DNA from: Centroscyllium fabricii
Lineage: Eukaryota
DNA: 64,000 bases
Assembly (NCBI GenBank): GCA_051313645.2
Contig: JBNRSN020000007.1
Span: forward strand, 220,658,001-220,722,000
Direction of reading: 5' to 3'
Numbering within the stretch: position 1 is the first letter of the stretch; every line of letters begins with the position of its first letter. Below are positions 12,455 to 24,833 of this stretch, one piece after another. The notes beneath the pieces are model-generated. The model saw only the letters and a list, made by a program, of their open reading frames with translations. It made no database searches and was not told where the DNA came from. Position numbers and translations under genes: made by a program.

Positions 12455-13026
12455 TTAAGAACTCGCCATTTAGTCCATTTCCACTCTTTTTCCCTGTATC
12501 CTTGAACTTCAAAGATTTATATACTTGTTTAAATGTTTTTTTGAATTCTACCTTTACCACTGTTTTTGACCGGGTATTCCATGTCCTAACAACTCCCTGC
12601 ATTTAATAAAAATTCTGCTAACCTCTTTTGGAAATCAACTTTAATAAATGGATTCTCTCTAGTTTTTGATTTACTGACCATGGGGAAACAGTTTGTCCTG
12701 TTATTTTTCAAAAAGCTAAATTTTGAACTCTCTCCGATGTCTTTCTAACCTGTTCTGTTTTCATACAAAGAGCCTTGTTTTCTCTAGTCTCTCTTCATAA
12801 CTAAAGCTTCTAATCCTTGGTATCATAATGAATCTCTTCTGCACCCTTTTCATGGCCTTGACCTTTTGCAGTATAAATTTAGCACTACAACAGTGACTAC
12901 ATTTCAGAAGTACTTCATTGGCTGTAAAGCTTTGCGACATGAGTTTGTGAAAGGTGCTATATAAATGCAATTACTTCTTTCTTCCTTTGCTTTTGTATTC
13001 TATGCCCCTATTTATAAAACCTAGTA

Positions 13027-13534
13027 CAGTTTGAGCACCGTTAATCCGTGTCCCTAATAGCCGGCAGCTTCAGTCTGCCGGCACAAATTGCCCCGACTGC
13101 ACTGCGCATGCGCAAAATGGCAGCCCCCATCGTGGCTTCAGCGAATGATCTGCGCATGTGCCGAGCGCATGCGCAGATCATTCAAAACAGCTGCGGGTGT
13201 TTTGAATGATCTGCGCATGCGCAGATAATTCAATACGGCCGCCCGTTATTTTCTCGACAGCTGAGCCCCGTGACTGAGGCGGACAGTCACTAGGCAACAG
13301 CTGTCAGCCTGAGTCCGGCTCGGCGGCAGCAGCAACCCGAAAGGCGATGGAGAGGGAATGCGGACCTGTGCCCGATCTGCGCATGCGCGCGCCAGCCAAT
13401 CGCAATGCTGCGCGCATGCGCGCGGCCATTTTGAATGGCGCACATGCGCAGTGTCCAAACTCGTTCTCCCGGTTTTTTCCATTTCCCGGCACGGGCCTGG
13501 TCCCGCCCGTGGCGGATTAACGGTGCTCAACCTG
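13027..13534. mobile_element. Tigger/pogo-like MITE with GCGCATGCGC arrays
   Basis: TA|cagtttgagcaccgttaatccg ... cggattaacggtgctcaacctg|TA. Confidence 0.85.
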
Positions 13535-13814
13535 TATCCACTTGTTTTTTTCATTACAACTTTTATCAACTAGTCCTCCCACTTAATTCTCCATTCTTCC
13601 CAATATATATCATCTCTCATTTCTCATTAAATTCCATCTACTATTGAAAAAATTTCATCTACTATCGATCTACCAATTTGTTTACATCATCCTGAAGTAA
13701 CTTGCAGTCCTCCACCGGGGAGGCACCACTGTTCCAATTCAAAAAGCACCAATTAATCACCAATGTTTTCCATACTTGACTATCTCCTTATCAATGCCGC
13801 CACATCCCCTCTAA

Positions 13815-14645
13815 AGAAAGAATGAACTTGCATTTATATAGTGCCTTTCACGACATCAGGATGTCCCAAAGTGCTTTACAGCTAATTAAGTACAGGACAC
13901 CGGTAATCGGGAAACGTCAGTCGTCTGGAACAAATCCGGCCGACTGGTCTGCACATGCGCAAAATGGCCGCTGCACATGCCCAGGCCTCTCCCCGACTGC
14001 CAGACTGGTCTGCGCATGCACAAAATGGCCACCACGCTTGGCTGCCCATGCCCAGGCCTCTGCCCGACTGGTCTACGCATGGGCAGAATGGCCGCCGTGC
14101 TTGGCTGCGCATGCGCAAAATGGCCACCGCGCTTGGATGCGCATGCCCGGGCCTCTCCCCGAACAATTGATGCTTCGGCGAGCGCATGCAGCAACCATTC
14201 AAAATGGCCGCTGGCCTCCGCGGTGGCCATTTTGAATGGTCTGCATGTGCGCTCGCCGGAGCTTCAATCGTTCGGATTTTTCACTAATCCGGCACCGGCC
14301 TGGTCCCACCGGTGCCGGATTAATGGTGTCGGACCTGTACTTTGGAAATGTAGTCAATGCAGCAGCCAATTTGCACAGCAATCCAATAAATGACCAGATC
14401 ATCTGTAATATATGTTGATTGAGGGATAAACATTGGCCTGGACACTGGAAGAGCTCCCCTGCTCTACCTCAAATAGTGCCATGGAATCTCTTATGCCCAC
14501 CTGAGAGGGCAGACGGGGCCTCGATTTAATGCCTCATCCAAAAAATGTCACCTCCGACAGTACAGCACTCCCTCAATACTGCACTAAATGTTGGCCTGGA
14601 TTATGTGCCCATGTTTCTGGAGTGGGGCTTGAACCCATGGCCTTT
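13815..14645 (-). mobile_element. DeuSINE (SacSINE1/AmnSINE1-like) split by a MITE
   Basis: ccacctgagagggcagacggggcctc..cagcactccctc..ggagtggggcttgaaccc matches the Deu-domain/tRNA head in reverse. Other fragments at about 12870-12985, 37905-38060 and 40570-40820. Confidence 0.7.
13893..14337. mobile_element. Tigger/pogo-like MITE with tandem GCGCATGCGCAAAATGGCC units
   Basis: TA|cagg..caccggtaatc ... gattaatggtgtcggacctg|TA. The SINE sequence resumes across the TA. Confidence 0.8.
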
Positions 14646-15145
14646 TAACACCGTGCGCCTTAATTTTATCAACGTGCATTCTATGTGGTACTTATCAAAT
14701 GCCTTCTGAAATTCATGTATCTAACATCCACTGCATTTCCTTTTACTACACTCCATTATTTCCTCAAAGAACTCTCTCAAATTTGTCAGTCAATTTGTTA
14801 AGGTCCTGTAGCACTCATGGTCCACCAGAGATGATCTGTTTCCTTGCGTGGCAGCCCGTGGCCAAGTTTTAATTTTGTGGTCTCATTTGTGTGTGGATTT
14901 TTATTTCTTGCTTTTGTCTAGCTTCTTCAGATGATCTGCATGCACCCAGCTGGTTACTTCCTTCATGATGTGGATTTTGAGAGTGGTGCACTGTTTCCGA
15001 TAACTGTTGCTCATACTACCTCGCTCCCAACAAAGGGCACTTTAACATTTATTTTGGGGTGGTTGTTTCTGAGCTGGATTGGGATTGCCAGGCTGTTGGT
15101 TTCCCTTCAAGGGACTGATTCCCAGAACTGATCTGAAATGATTGT

Positions 15146-15431
15146 AAGAAGTCACACAACACCAGATTATAGTCCAACAGTTTTATTTTAAATCACAAGC
15201 TTTCGGAGCTTCTGCCCCTTCATCCGATGAAAGAGAGACTGACTTAAAGAACACACGTGTGATGAAGAGACATCACACATGTGCGTTCTTTAAGTCAGTC
15301 TCTCTTCATCTGACGAAGGGGCAGAAGCTCCGAAAGCTTGTGATTTAAAATAAAACTGTTGGACTATAATCTGGTGTTGTGTGACTTCTTGCATTTGTCC
15401 ACCCCAGTCCAACACTGGCACCTCCACATTA
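15146..15431. mobile_element. Penelope-like inverted pLTR pair
   Basis: Arms of about 115 bp. 12-bp TSD tgaaatgattgt at 15134-15145 and 15432-15443. Confidence 0.85.
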
Positions 15432-16799
15432 TGAAATGATTGTGTCTGTGCTCTGTTTCTTTGTAAAATTCCCCCATAATAACTTAACACTCTGAACCAA
15501 TATATTTGACCCATGTGGAAATGTGGTCAATCAGAAAGACCAGTCCTTCTGGTTTCCCACAGACTGATGCAGAATTTATTTCTCACCCACACCTCTGAAC
15601 AAGTAGAACAGGACAGAACGATTGTACCTCATGCTGAAAACTGCATTGCACATCCATCACTGCTGTTGCTGTGAGCTGCCATAAATAGCAATTGCTGTGC
15701 ACCATAGGTGCCTGAACTTTTGGTCCACAACTAGTGATTTGGATGTTCCTCACGGGTGTGAAAATCCAAGCACTTTTTCTTCCCCTCCCTCATAACCCAT
15801 GCAAATTCAAATCTCCCCCACAAAAAGTGGCTCACTGCCTATATATATCCCTTGTCGAACTTTGCTATTCACTTCCAAGCTGGTCTGCTTTCCTGACTGC
15901 CACTTGCTGTGCTCGCCACTGCTGCTCATTATTCTGCCACCTTCATGTTTGCTGCTTCTGTTTAAAGTTTGAACGCTTGGAAAAAATTCAGCGCTCACTC
16001 ATTAAACTTCATTAGCCTAGGGTACCAGTAAAGCTTTCTCCTTCATTGCCTTAAATGAACCGTTGCAAATTTCACAGATCTACATTTAGATATTCGCTTG
16101 GTTACGGCATCACCAATTACTTCCGTAAGCCAACTTTGTCCCCTATGATCTGGAGCATGCCTTTACTGTTTAGAAAATGGCATGACCCGAGGATCATAAC
16201 AATAGACCCCTTGTTGTATGTACTGGATAACATGGTCTTGCACATGCCACCAGATGCCTTCTCCTGTAATTTCAGGAGAACTGAAAAGCACTCTACTGAG
16301 ATGAGGCTGATTTGTAAACCAACAAATTGGTTTATTTCACACACCATGCATGAATGAACAGAGTGAGATTATGAATGAGATGCACCTTTTTCCTACCACT
16401 CCTTGTACCATAGAATAACAAATCATGCACCCCTGCCCCTAATTAAGGGGCTAAACTCCCTTACAAGTTAATGAACCCCGACTTCCTCTGTACAGGTTGC
16501 ATGGTTCGTACCGAGGCTTGGAGTTCCTTAGCTCCTTCGCTACCTGGACTGTGAGATCTTTCAGTGCCTCTGTGACCCCCACCGTCACTCCAGAGGGAGT
16601 GTTGAAAAACAAACATTGTCCGCTAAGCCTTCCTTCAGTCCACCAGGCTGCTAAAGTTACCACCTTGAAGAAAATCTTTCCCTTTTTTAGAGTGGAAACT
16701 TGCAGCAGTTGTATTGATTGTTCAGCTGAATCTCCTGCTGGGTGCAATAAATGAAAACCTTTCTATCTTCATGGCCACAAATACCCAAGACCACGGTTA

Positions 16800-17740
16800 T
16801 GAAAACTTAAGAAATAAGAGCAGGAGTAGGCCGTGCGGCCCCTTGAGCCTGCTCCGCCATTCAATAAGATCATGGCGGATCGTCGACCTCAACTCCACTT
16901 TCCCGCCCGATCTCCATATTCCTTGATTCCCCTAGTGTCCAAAAATCTATCGATCTCAGCCTTGAATATACTCAAAGACTCCGCATTCACAGCCCTCTGG
17001 GGCAGAAAATTCCAAAGATTCACAGCCCTCTGAGTGAAGAAATTGCCCCACATCTTAGTCCTAAATGGCCGACCCCTTACCCTGAGACTATGCCCCCTAG
17101 TTCTAGACACTCCAGCCAGGGGAAACAATCTCTCAGCATCTACCTTGTCAATCACCTTCAGAATCTTGTATGTTTCAATGAGATCACCTCTCATTCGTCT
17201 AAACTCCAGAGAGTACAGGCCCATTCTGCACAATCTCATCATAGGACACCCCTCTCATCCCAGGAATCAATCTAGTGAACCTTTTCTGCACCACCTCCAG
17301 GGCAAGTATATCCTTCCTTAGATAAGGAGACCAAAACTGTGCACAGTGCTGCAGGTGTGGTCTCACCAAGGCCCTGTACAATTGTAGCAAGACTTCCTTA
17401 CTCTTATACTCCAACCCCCTTGCAATAAAGCTCAACATGCCATTTGTCTTCCTTATTGCTTGCTGTACCTGCATGCTAGTTTTCTGTGTTTCTTGCACGA
17501 GGACATCCAAATCTCTGTCAACACCAACATTTGAAAGTTTCCCACCATTTAAAAAATATTCTGTTTTTCTATTCTTCCTACCAAGGTGAATAACCTCACA
17601 TTTCCCTACATTATACTCCATCTGCCACCTTACTGCCCATTCACTTAGTCTATCTATATCCCTTAGCAGACTTTTTGTGTTCTCCTCACCGCTTACTGTC
17701 TCACCTAACTTTGTATCATCAGCAAACTTGGAGACATTCC
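16800..17740 (-). mobile_element. CR1 LINE, 5'-truncated, frameshifted RT
   Basis: ORFs 17199-17621 (RDLDVLV..LYRALVRPHL..QFWSP) and 16889-17242. Confidence 0.9.
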
Positions 17741-19298
17741 ATTATGAGCCCCATTGTCTCAAAAACTAATGACTTGTGAAGTAAACAACCTGATGTATCG
17801 GCTGGCTGGGCTGCCTGGTGTCTCAGCGCAGGAAACGACCTAAACAACATTTTAAATAGCTTGTACATCTGTGGGAGCTAACCCTTTGTAAGCTAAATCT
17901 AACTTCATAGCATTACCGTCACCTAAATGTAATCAAAATCCTTCCCAGTCCTTTTAGGTAAAAGTCCAAAAATATTACATTCATCAGTTGCTGTACAGTC
18001 TTCCCCAAACCTCTCGAGTCCTGGAAATGTGAAGAGCTATGGCTGAGCAATAATAGAAGTTAGTGTTGCACACAAGTGTGCAAAGAAGGATTTGTTGAGC
18101 TTGACGGGCTGAGTAACAGGAGCTCGTGGGCTGTAGCTTGGACATCTCGCTGTACAATAACAAAATAAAGTACTAGGAACATTCAATTTTTAAAAAAAAA
18201 CTCATGAATGAGGGTATATTACCTTTTTTATTTTAAGCAGCTTTCTTTCATCATGAATTATCAGGCCTGCCTCAACTATATAATAAAGTATTGTTCCATT
18301 AACTATCCTGTGGCTATTCCACTGGTGACAACAATCTGTACTTCATGATGGCTGTGATGACATGGCTCCTTCCTGATCTCCAGCCCAGTACCCCACAGGG
18401 TGGTATTTACCCACCGAGCCATTAGGGGAAATTATTCCAACTTTAAATTGCTATCCACTAATGCTCCTTTGTGTGCCTACTAGCAAAGGTTCACATCACT
18501 TTGGATATTTGGGAGTCCCTCAGAAAATAAGAGTCATGAGCCAGATATTAAGAGGGAGTGTGTGGTACAGTGGTTAGTTGCACTGTCCTTGACATTGCCA
18601 CTCAGATGGCAATAAGGATGGCTCTTGAAAGAAACACAAAAGTTACATTGTTGCTCCTTGGTCTGTGTAAAAGGACGAGGCGACAGTAAGCTTGACCTGG
18701 AAGTGCTCAATTCTGACACTATTCAGTTCCCTCATGCTGGTGAACCTATTTAAATTGGGGGGGAATCTAAAATTACCCCAGTGTCTCCCAATTGTCCATA
18801 ATCCATGCCATCTGTTGAAAGATAGAGGACAATTAATTTGGGTAAATTTGAGTCCCTTAACAGAATGGTTATTCCATTCAGTTGTAGAAAGCTGACAATT
18901 TCCTGCTAATATATTGCTTAAATTGTAATGAAAAGTAGGACATGTCTAATACGACATGTCTAATACAGTGCTTGAAGGGCCCGAACCATTCTACAGAGCT
19001 GAATGTTAAAGGGCGATGCCTTTATACATTTCAGTGTTGTTGTCTACCGTCTGTCATGCTTTTTATACTTTAGAAGTGCTGGCTCCAGGCAGCTTGAACA
19101 GATTTGTGCTTCAACGATGGAGCAGAACTTCACCTTTCTCATTCTGCTCTCAGGCTGTCTTCTAATCATCCAGTGAGAGAGACTATGATAAGTTGATATT
19201 TCCATTTTTGTAACATTCAGGGTTAAAGGACCACTTATTAAAACATACTTGAATCTTTACAAAATGGGTGCGTTTTGGTTCCAGTGAATTTTCCTGTA

Positions 19299-19579
19299 CA
19301 GGTTGAGCACTGGTGGTCCGGCACCTTCAATGGACCGGCACGAATGGAACCTGGCGGTCTTCAGTTTGCGGAGCAGCCGCTCGGTGGCGCCGCCGTTTCC
19401 CCCGAAGGGTGGGCGAGCACTGAAGGCGTTTGGGTTTCTGCTTTTTAGTGTTCTATCCCCGGGCGGGACCCACGCACTCCTCCCCCCCCCCCCACCCCAA
19501 AACCTTCAGTGGTTCGTAATTTTCAATGGTCCGGCACCAGCCTGGTCCCGAGGGTGCCAGATTACCGGTGCTCAACCTG
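19299..19579. mobile_element. Tigger/pogo-like MITE
   Basis: TA|caggttgagcac ... gtgctcaacctg|TA. Confidence 0.85.
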
Positions 19580-19898
19580 TATATCGAACAATGTACCCAG
19601 GTTACACACCAATTTTTCAGGTAACTGGGTAAGTGATCAATGCTGACGTTTCCAGTCCTTTTTCAATAAACAGCTGCCAGGAACAAGAGTAGAAGGAATG
19701 ACTGAGTGGCGTGTGTGTGTTTGTACTGAATTGGCTGCTTGTCTCCACTTCATCTCGCTGCTGCTAAAGCTGTAGTATTCAGGCCTGAGGTAGTGAAATC
19801 TGGCATGGCAGTTGAGAATTCATTATAGTCAGGGATCCACCATGTATAATTTACAACCCATATCAGACTAAACAGTGAAAACTGTTGTATGTTTTTAG

Positions 19899-20209
19899 GT
19901 GCTCAAGTTCCTGCAGGTTCCTTTAACAGGGCTCCTCCTTGTCTGATTAAAGTGGAAGTGAGCGACCATGGAGAACGACCAGCAGGAACCACTGCACAGT
20001 TTCTTGCCCCATCAACTGTGGCTCCAATCATGCCACCTATTTTGGCACCACCACCCCGTCGCACACCTAAACAACACAACTGCCCTACTTGTGGAAAGAG
20101 CTTCTCCTCAGCAAGTGCTCTACAGATTCACGAACGCACGCACACTGGTGAAAAGCCATTTGCATGCACCATCTGTGGAAGAGCTTTTACAACGAAAGGA
20201 AATCTCAAG
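19899..20209 (+). CDS. SALL4: SALL4 exon 3 (start of ZFC4)
   Basis: Acceptor ttttag|GT (phase 1) and donor AAG|gtaact (phase 0). Encodes [56 protein letters not shown] second in-frame acceptor lies at 19917. Confidence 0.92.
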
Positions 20210-20263
20210 GTAACTTGTTCAGATTGAGAAAAATGCTACAGTACATGTTAAAGTCTAAATAAT

Positions 20264-20700
20264 GGCCCGGATTTTGTTGCCCGCGACGAAGCAACGGCAC
20301 TCGTCGTTCACCTCGCTGACTGCTGCCCACAAAGATTTCTCTGGTTTCTCAGCGTAGATTTGCACTAATCCAGCATCTGATCCAGCGCAGCGTCCTCTAC
20401 AGCGGGTCTGTGAGCAGGGTTGAGATTGAAGAATCCTCACTGAGACACGTAGAATCTAAACCAGGAAGTATAAATTAGATTTAAATCATGTACAGAAAGC
20501 GAATTAAAGATTGGGAAAGACCGATGCGATTAGGATAGAGACGGACAGAAAAAGTTTTTAAAAAAGTTAGCCACACCATTATCATCACAAAATCCAGGCC
20601 AATATTTGCAATAACAGATGGTTCAGGCGAGCCTAGCATGCATCTTGCTGGAACAACACTTTCATTAAAATCTGGGAAAGTTTCCAACCAATATTTCAGT
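20264..20700. mobile_element. Partial PHIS-type MITE related to 55971-56662
   Basis: aat|ggcccggattttg left end and internal similarity; right end not resolved. Confidence 0.55.
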
Positions 20701-21189
20701 GGGTAAATGCACTGCCTAATATGGTACTGGGCAGTATGGACATAAAGTCACAGGTTTGATCTCTGGCCTGTGCTGAATTCACTGATCTGTGTGCTGGTGG
20801 TAGTAGAGGCAGAGTTGACTAAGTGCTCCTGTGCAGAGGGGAAAATCAATGTTTGATTTTTGTTCCTTTTTTATTGATATCCAATGACCAGTGCCAGACC
20901 GTGCCTATGTGTGGATGTTTGGTGAAGAGTTATGGCTCAGCTGTGTTATGCCCTCCTCTCCTCTTTCCCCCGCCCCCCCCCACCCCCGTAGTCAAAAAGC
21001 CTGCTACTGTGAGCCTTTGCAGTGAGTCGAGGGGGTAGTGAATGCTGTTGATCTAGTACAGTAACTGTTTGTAGCTAATTTGGAAATATCAATAGAGGAA
21101 TAGCTCTTGAATGCCTGTTTCTTGGGGAGGGAGGAGAAAGAAGGTTGTTGCAGTCTAGAGGGAACGCTTGAACTGCATTTAAATTAATA

Positions 21190-21588
21190 CAGGTTGAACT
21201 TCGTTAATCCGGCACCCGAAAAACCGGCAACTTCGAACGTCCGGCAATAATTTCCCTGACTGCCCTGCGCATGTGCAAAATGGCCACCGCGATCGATGCT
21301 TCGGTGAATGATCTGCGCATGCGCCGCCGAACGGCGAGCGCATGTGCAGATCATTCACAATGGCCGAGCCGATCCCGAGCCTGGCCGCTGCGAGCCTCCC
21401 CGAGCCTGGCCGCTGCGGGCTTCCCCGAGCCTGGCCGCTGCGAGCCTCCCCGAACTATCAGCGCATATGCAGACCACTCAAAATGGCCGCCGGCCTTTCG
21501 CGGTGGCCATTTTGAATGGTCTGCGCATGCGCTCGCCGAAACTTCAATCGTTTGTCCTGCCCGTGCCGGATTAACAAAGTTCAACCTG
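21190..21588. mobile_element. Tigger/pogo-like MITE with NRF1/YY1-like motifs and ~23-bp tandem repeat
   Basis: TA|caggttgaacttcgttaatccggcac ... gtgccggattaacaaagttcaacctg|TA; three copies of cccgagcctggccgctgcg. Confidence 0.85.
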
Positions 21589-21690
21589 TACTGACCAGGG
21601 AGTGCTTGATGCTGAAACTACAGTTGGATTGCACAACCTGACCGCTTTAATAATAAACAACTAAGATGTATTTTTCTTTTTGTATTGTAG

Positions 21691-22116
21691 GTCCACGTTG
21701 GAACTCACATGTGGAATAACTCAGCCAGACGTGGGCGACGTCTTTCACTAGACAGTCCTATGATACTGATTGGCAATGACCCAAAGAAGATCTCTGAAAT
21801 GTTCCCAAAGGATCTAATGGCTCCTGCAATGAATATCGAACCCACTATCTGGAACCAGTACACCACTGTGCTTACCAACGGCTTAGCTTTGAAAACCAAT
21901 GCGATCTCGGTGATTCAGAATGGTGGGATTCCTCCTATCACAGTTAGTGTGGCAAGCGGTTCAGTTGTGAGCACCAGCACTGCAGTTTCCAAAGTGAATG
22001 CATCCCAGCCTGGCATTAGCCCAGTAATCGCTGATGAGGAAAAACCTAGTTCTGAAAGTGTTGCAACACCTCGCTTCCACCATTTTGTGGAAGAAAGCAA
22101 AATAGCTGTTAATTAA
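21691..22116 (+). CDS. SALL4: SALL4 exon 4 (terminal coding exon)
   Basis: Acceptor tttttctttttgtattgtag|GTC. VHVGTHMWNNSARRGRRLS completes the finger split by intron 3. C-terminus FHHFVEESKIAVN* resembles the SALL4 end (human FPHFLEENKIAVS, from memory). Confidence 0.95.
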   Translation, partial: VHVGTHMWNNSARRGRRLSLDSPMILIGNDPKKISEMFPKDLMAPAMNIEPTIWNQYTTVLTNGLALKTNAISVIQNGGIPPITVSVASGSVVSTSTAVSKVNASQPGISPVIADEEKPSSESVATPRFHHFVEESKIAVN

Positions 22117-22356
22117 AGAAAAAGACATTCTGTATAAAAAGTGCAGGGTAGCGTAGATTTTAGTTTTAGGTTTTATGAAAAACAACCACAGACCTCAATA
22201 TGGGCTACTATTTTCATATAATCCCCAAATATGTAAAATAGATTTTTTTACTGTAGCTGTCTCTAACAAAACTGCTGGGTACCTCCTGAATTTATGTTAT
22301 GAGTACAATCATTGCTTTGCAAATTTAGTGTATAAAACTCTGGGATTTATCTAAAG

Positions 22357-22761
22357 AATAAAATAATAAAGCGGGTCTTGCAAAGTGAAGCGTTTACAAT
22401 ATTGACTTTGAGTTTACAATATTTGAAGTGTACAGCCTCTTAAGAATTTTTACTACAAAATCCTTATGAATCCAAAGATTGAAACAAATTCTGTAATTAG
22501 TGCTAGTTTTGAAATAATGAGTAGAAATTGAAATGAATCATTTCCATAAACTACTATAGAGATTTGTCTGAGAATGTGTGTATTTGTATTTACTGTTTAT
22601 ACATTAAAACCATTTATGCGGGTAACTGTTCTAGAATGTCAATTGGTGCCATCTGTTTAGAATTCAATGACGACTGTTTCTTTAAAAAATCTTGAATGAA
22701 CTCTTGTTTTAAATAAAATCCCAGATAAAAGATGCATTTATAAGACTACACACACAATAAA
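22357..22761 (+). terminator. Candidate SALL4 polyadenylation signals
   Basis: AATAAA at 22357, 22365, 22712 and 22756 in AT-rich sequence after the stop; another at 24412 is followed by a GT-rich tract. Confidence 0.5.
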
Positions 22762-22849
22762 TTATATTGCTAAATTGCTTAATTTTACTTGGGATTAACT
22801 TCAGCCCAAGATTATAGTAGCTAATAAAACAGGTTGCAGACTCCCCTGA

Positions 22850-23230
22850 TCAGCTAGGAACTTCTGCCAATTGTGGAACTGAACCACATAAATGGGGAGC
22901 AGGGGAAACGAATAAATGAGCTGATTTTCAGCAGAAGTTGTAGTTGCAGCACTACAATTGGCCTCGGTGCCTCTGTGCTGGAGAGGCAGAAGCAACCAGC
23001 CAGTAACACAGTCCAGTAACATCCACTGGAAAGAGAGTGTAGATATTGGGTGAGGGCAGGACTGGGCACAGCTATAATGCCCTCCAGACAAGTAGCTAAC
23101 ACTATCCTGTAAAGTGTGGCAATTTAGGCAAAATACAGAGGCCAGCAGCCATCTACAGAACCATAATCCAGCATGAGTTGGTGCCTTTTGGAGAAGATGA
23201 TGAGGGGGGAAAAACTGTGTAGCAAAACAA
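22850..23230 (+). repeat. Old dispersed SINE-like family (ctacaattggcctc..ccagtgacc..ctggaaag..gtgaggacaggat)
   Basis: Diverged copies at about 20710-21040, 24545-24800, 41310-41490, 50110-51150 and 60745-61720; reverse copies at about 9530-9720, 29270-29590 and 61970-62280. Family not identified. Confidence 0.6.
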
Positions 23231-24833
23231 AAATCCCTTTTCTGTACTGACATTTAAGGACTTGGTTGAAACTAATTAATAGGATTTTTTGTAATTTATA
23301 AAATAATGCACTGTCTTATATTCTAAATTAATGATCTTAAGATTTGGTCTCGCTATATTTTTGGTTTGGGGGGGGGGGGTGGCGGGGCGGTGGCAAGAGG
23401 TGCAACTCCTTATAAACCCAGTAGTTTACATTTTCACACAATTGATGCAATTGGAATTTGAGATCTGGGAGAATTCCAAACCTGCACATGTTACAAAGAA
23501 TGATATTTGTGCCCCTAGAGAAACCAGCAGGTCACAGCATTAAATGAGAGATTGACTTTTTCTAATGCTTAATACTGATAAAACAAGAGTGCATTCTTGA
23601 TCGATTTAAACATTGCCTACCTTGGTTGGTTTTAACCAGGTTACTTGTTTAATTTGTGGATGGTACACCATTTGTGCTTTAGCCAAAGGAGACCCACGTG
23701 TAGCATATGAGGGAAGTGGGGAGGGTGGGCCCCAGAACTTGAAGTAATTTTGTTAACTACCTCACTTTCTAATTTACTTTTTTTGTGTTTAATTATTTTT
23801 AATTTTTTTTGTTTTTGGTCATACTGGTTACTTTTTGTAGAATATGACCACAATTTTGTTGTAAAATGAACTGGCTTGAAGTAGATACCTTGTGCAGTTG
23901 GACAATGGTTACATCAGTAAATGGACCAAGTTTTTTGTCGACAGAGATTTGGGAGCATCACAACAGTTTTTAAAAAGAAATCTCTGACTTTTCTGTGTGT
24001 GATAGTTTAACACTGAATGTACAACTGGAGTGCTGAACAAAATGGACACCTTGCTTTGCAGCTGGAATACTTTGGGACTTGGTAGCTTGAGTAAAATTTC
24101 AATGCCTACATGGAAGAGTAAGCTACTATTTCAGTGCAGTGTTTTCTTTTGAAGTTTCAAAATGACTGCTTCACTTTGGCCTTTTATGATTTCAGTTTAC
24201 CGCAATGTTTTTCATGGTGCTTTCACGTGTAAATGGACTGATACAAGGGTAACTGAATCTGCAGAATCTATATGGTTTACATGACAAATGGATCTTTTGT
24301 TACATCATGTTGCTGATGCCTTGAATATGCTGTCTTTTCATGAATGTTTTAGTGGCTCTCTTTAGTACATCTACTGAATGTAAACTTGATTTTTCTTTTC
24401 TGGCATACAGGAATAAATGCAGGATAGCATTGTCACAGTCGCAGATGTGGTTATCTTTGTTATTCATGTACAAAACTAATTACAAATCACAATCGGAACA
24501 TTCAAATCAGTAATCAATACTAATCTCTGCTATGACAACCTAATCGTGTGTATGTAGTAGAAAGTCCCAGGTTTGATCCCATTAGCAGATCTCACCCGTA
24601 GCAGTTGTGTGGACACTAGTTTGCTTCAGTGCACCTGGGCAAAGGAGAGAAAAATTAGCCAGGGATTGCACACTTCTGGGTCTTGCTAAAGTGCACGTGT
24701 ATGACCATAAGGTGAAGGTGGACTCTGGCTTGGCCGTGATGTGTCTCTAAATAGCCATCTTGCAGGTAAGAAGTGTTCATTCAGGAGTTCAATAGTACAG
24801 ATCAGTACAAAGGGGAAGACTGCAAAAGAAGCT

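Noticed and set aside
13822-14418. Several overlapping 70-138-aa ORFs
   Set aside because: By-products of GC-rich tandem motifs in a MITE; no recognisable protein.
16055-16754. ORFs of 76-100 aa in SALL4 intron 2 as a hidden exon or transposase
   Set aside because: No zinc-finger or DDE motifs and no convincing splice-site pair.
6491-22116. Assignment as SALL1 or SALL3
   Set aside because: The intron between ZFC2 and ZFC4, the absence of ZFC3, the KIAVN C-terminus and the ATP9A neighbour all indicate SALL4.
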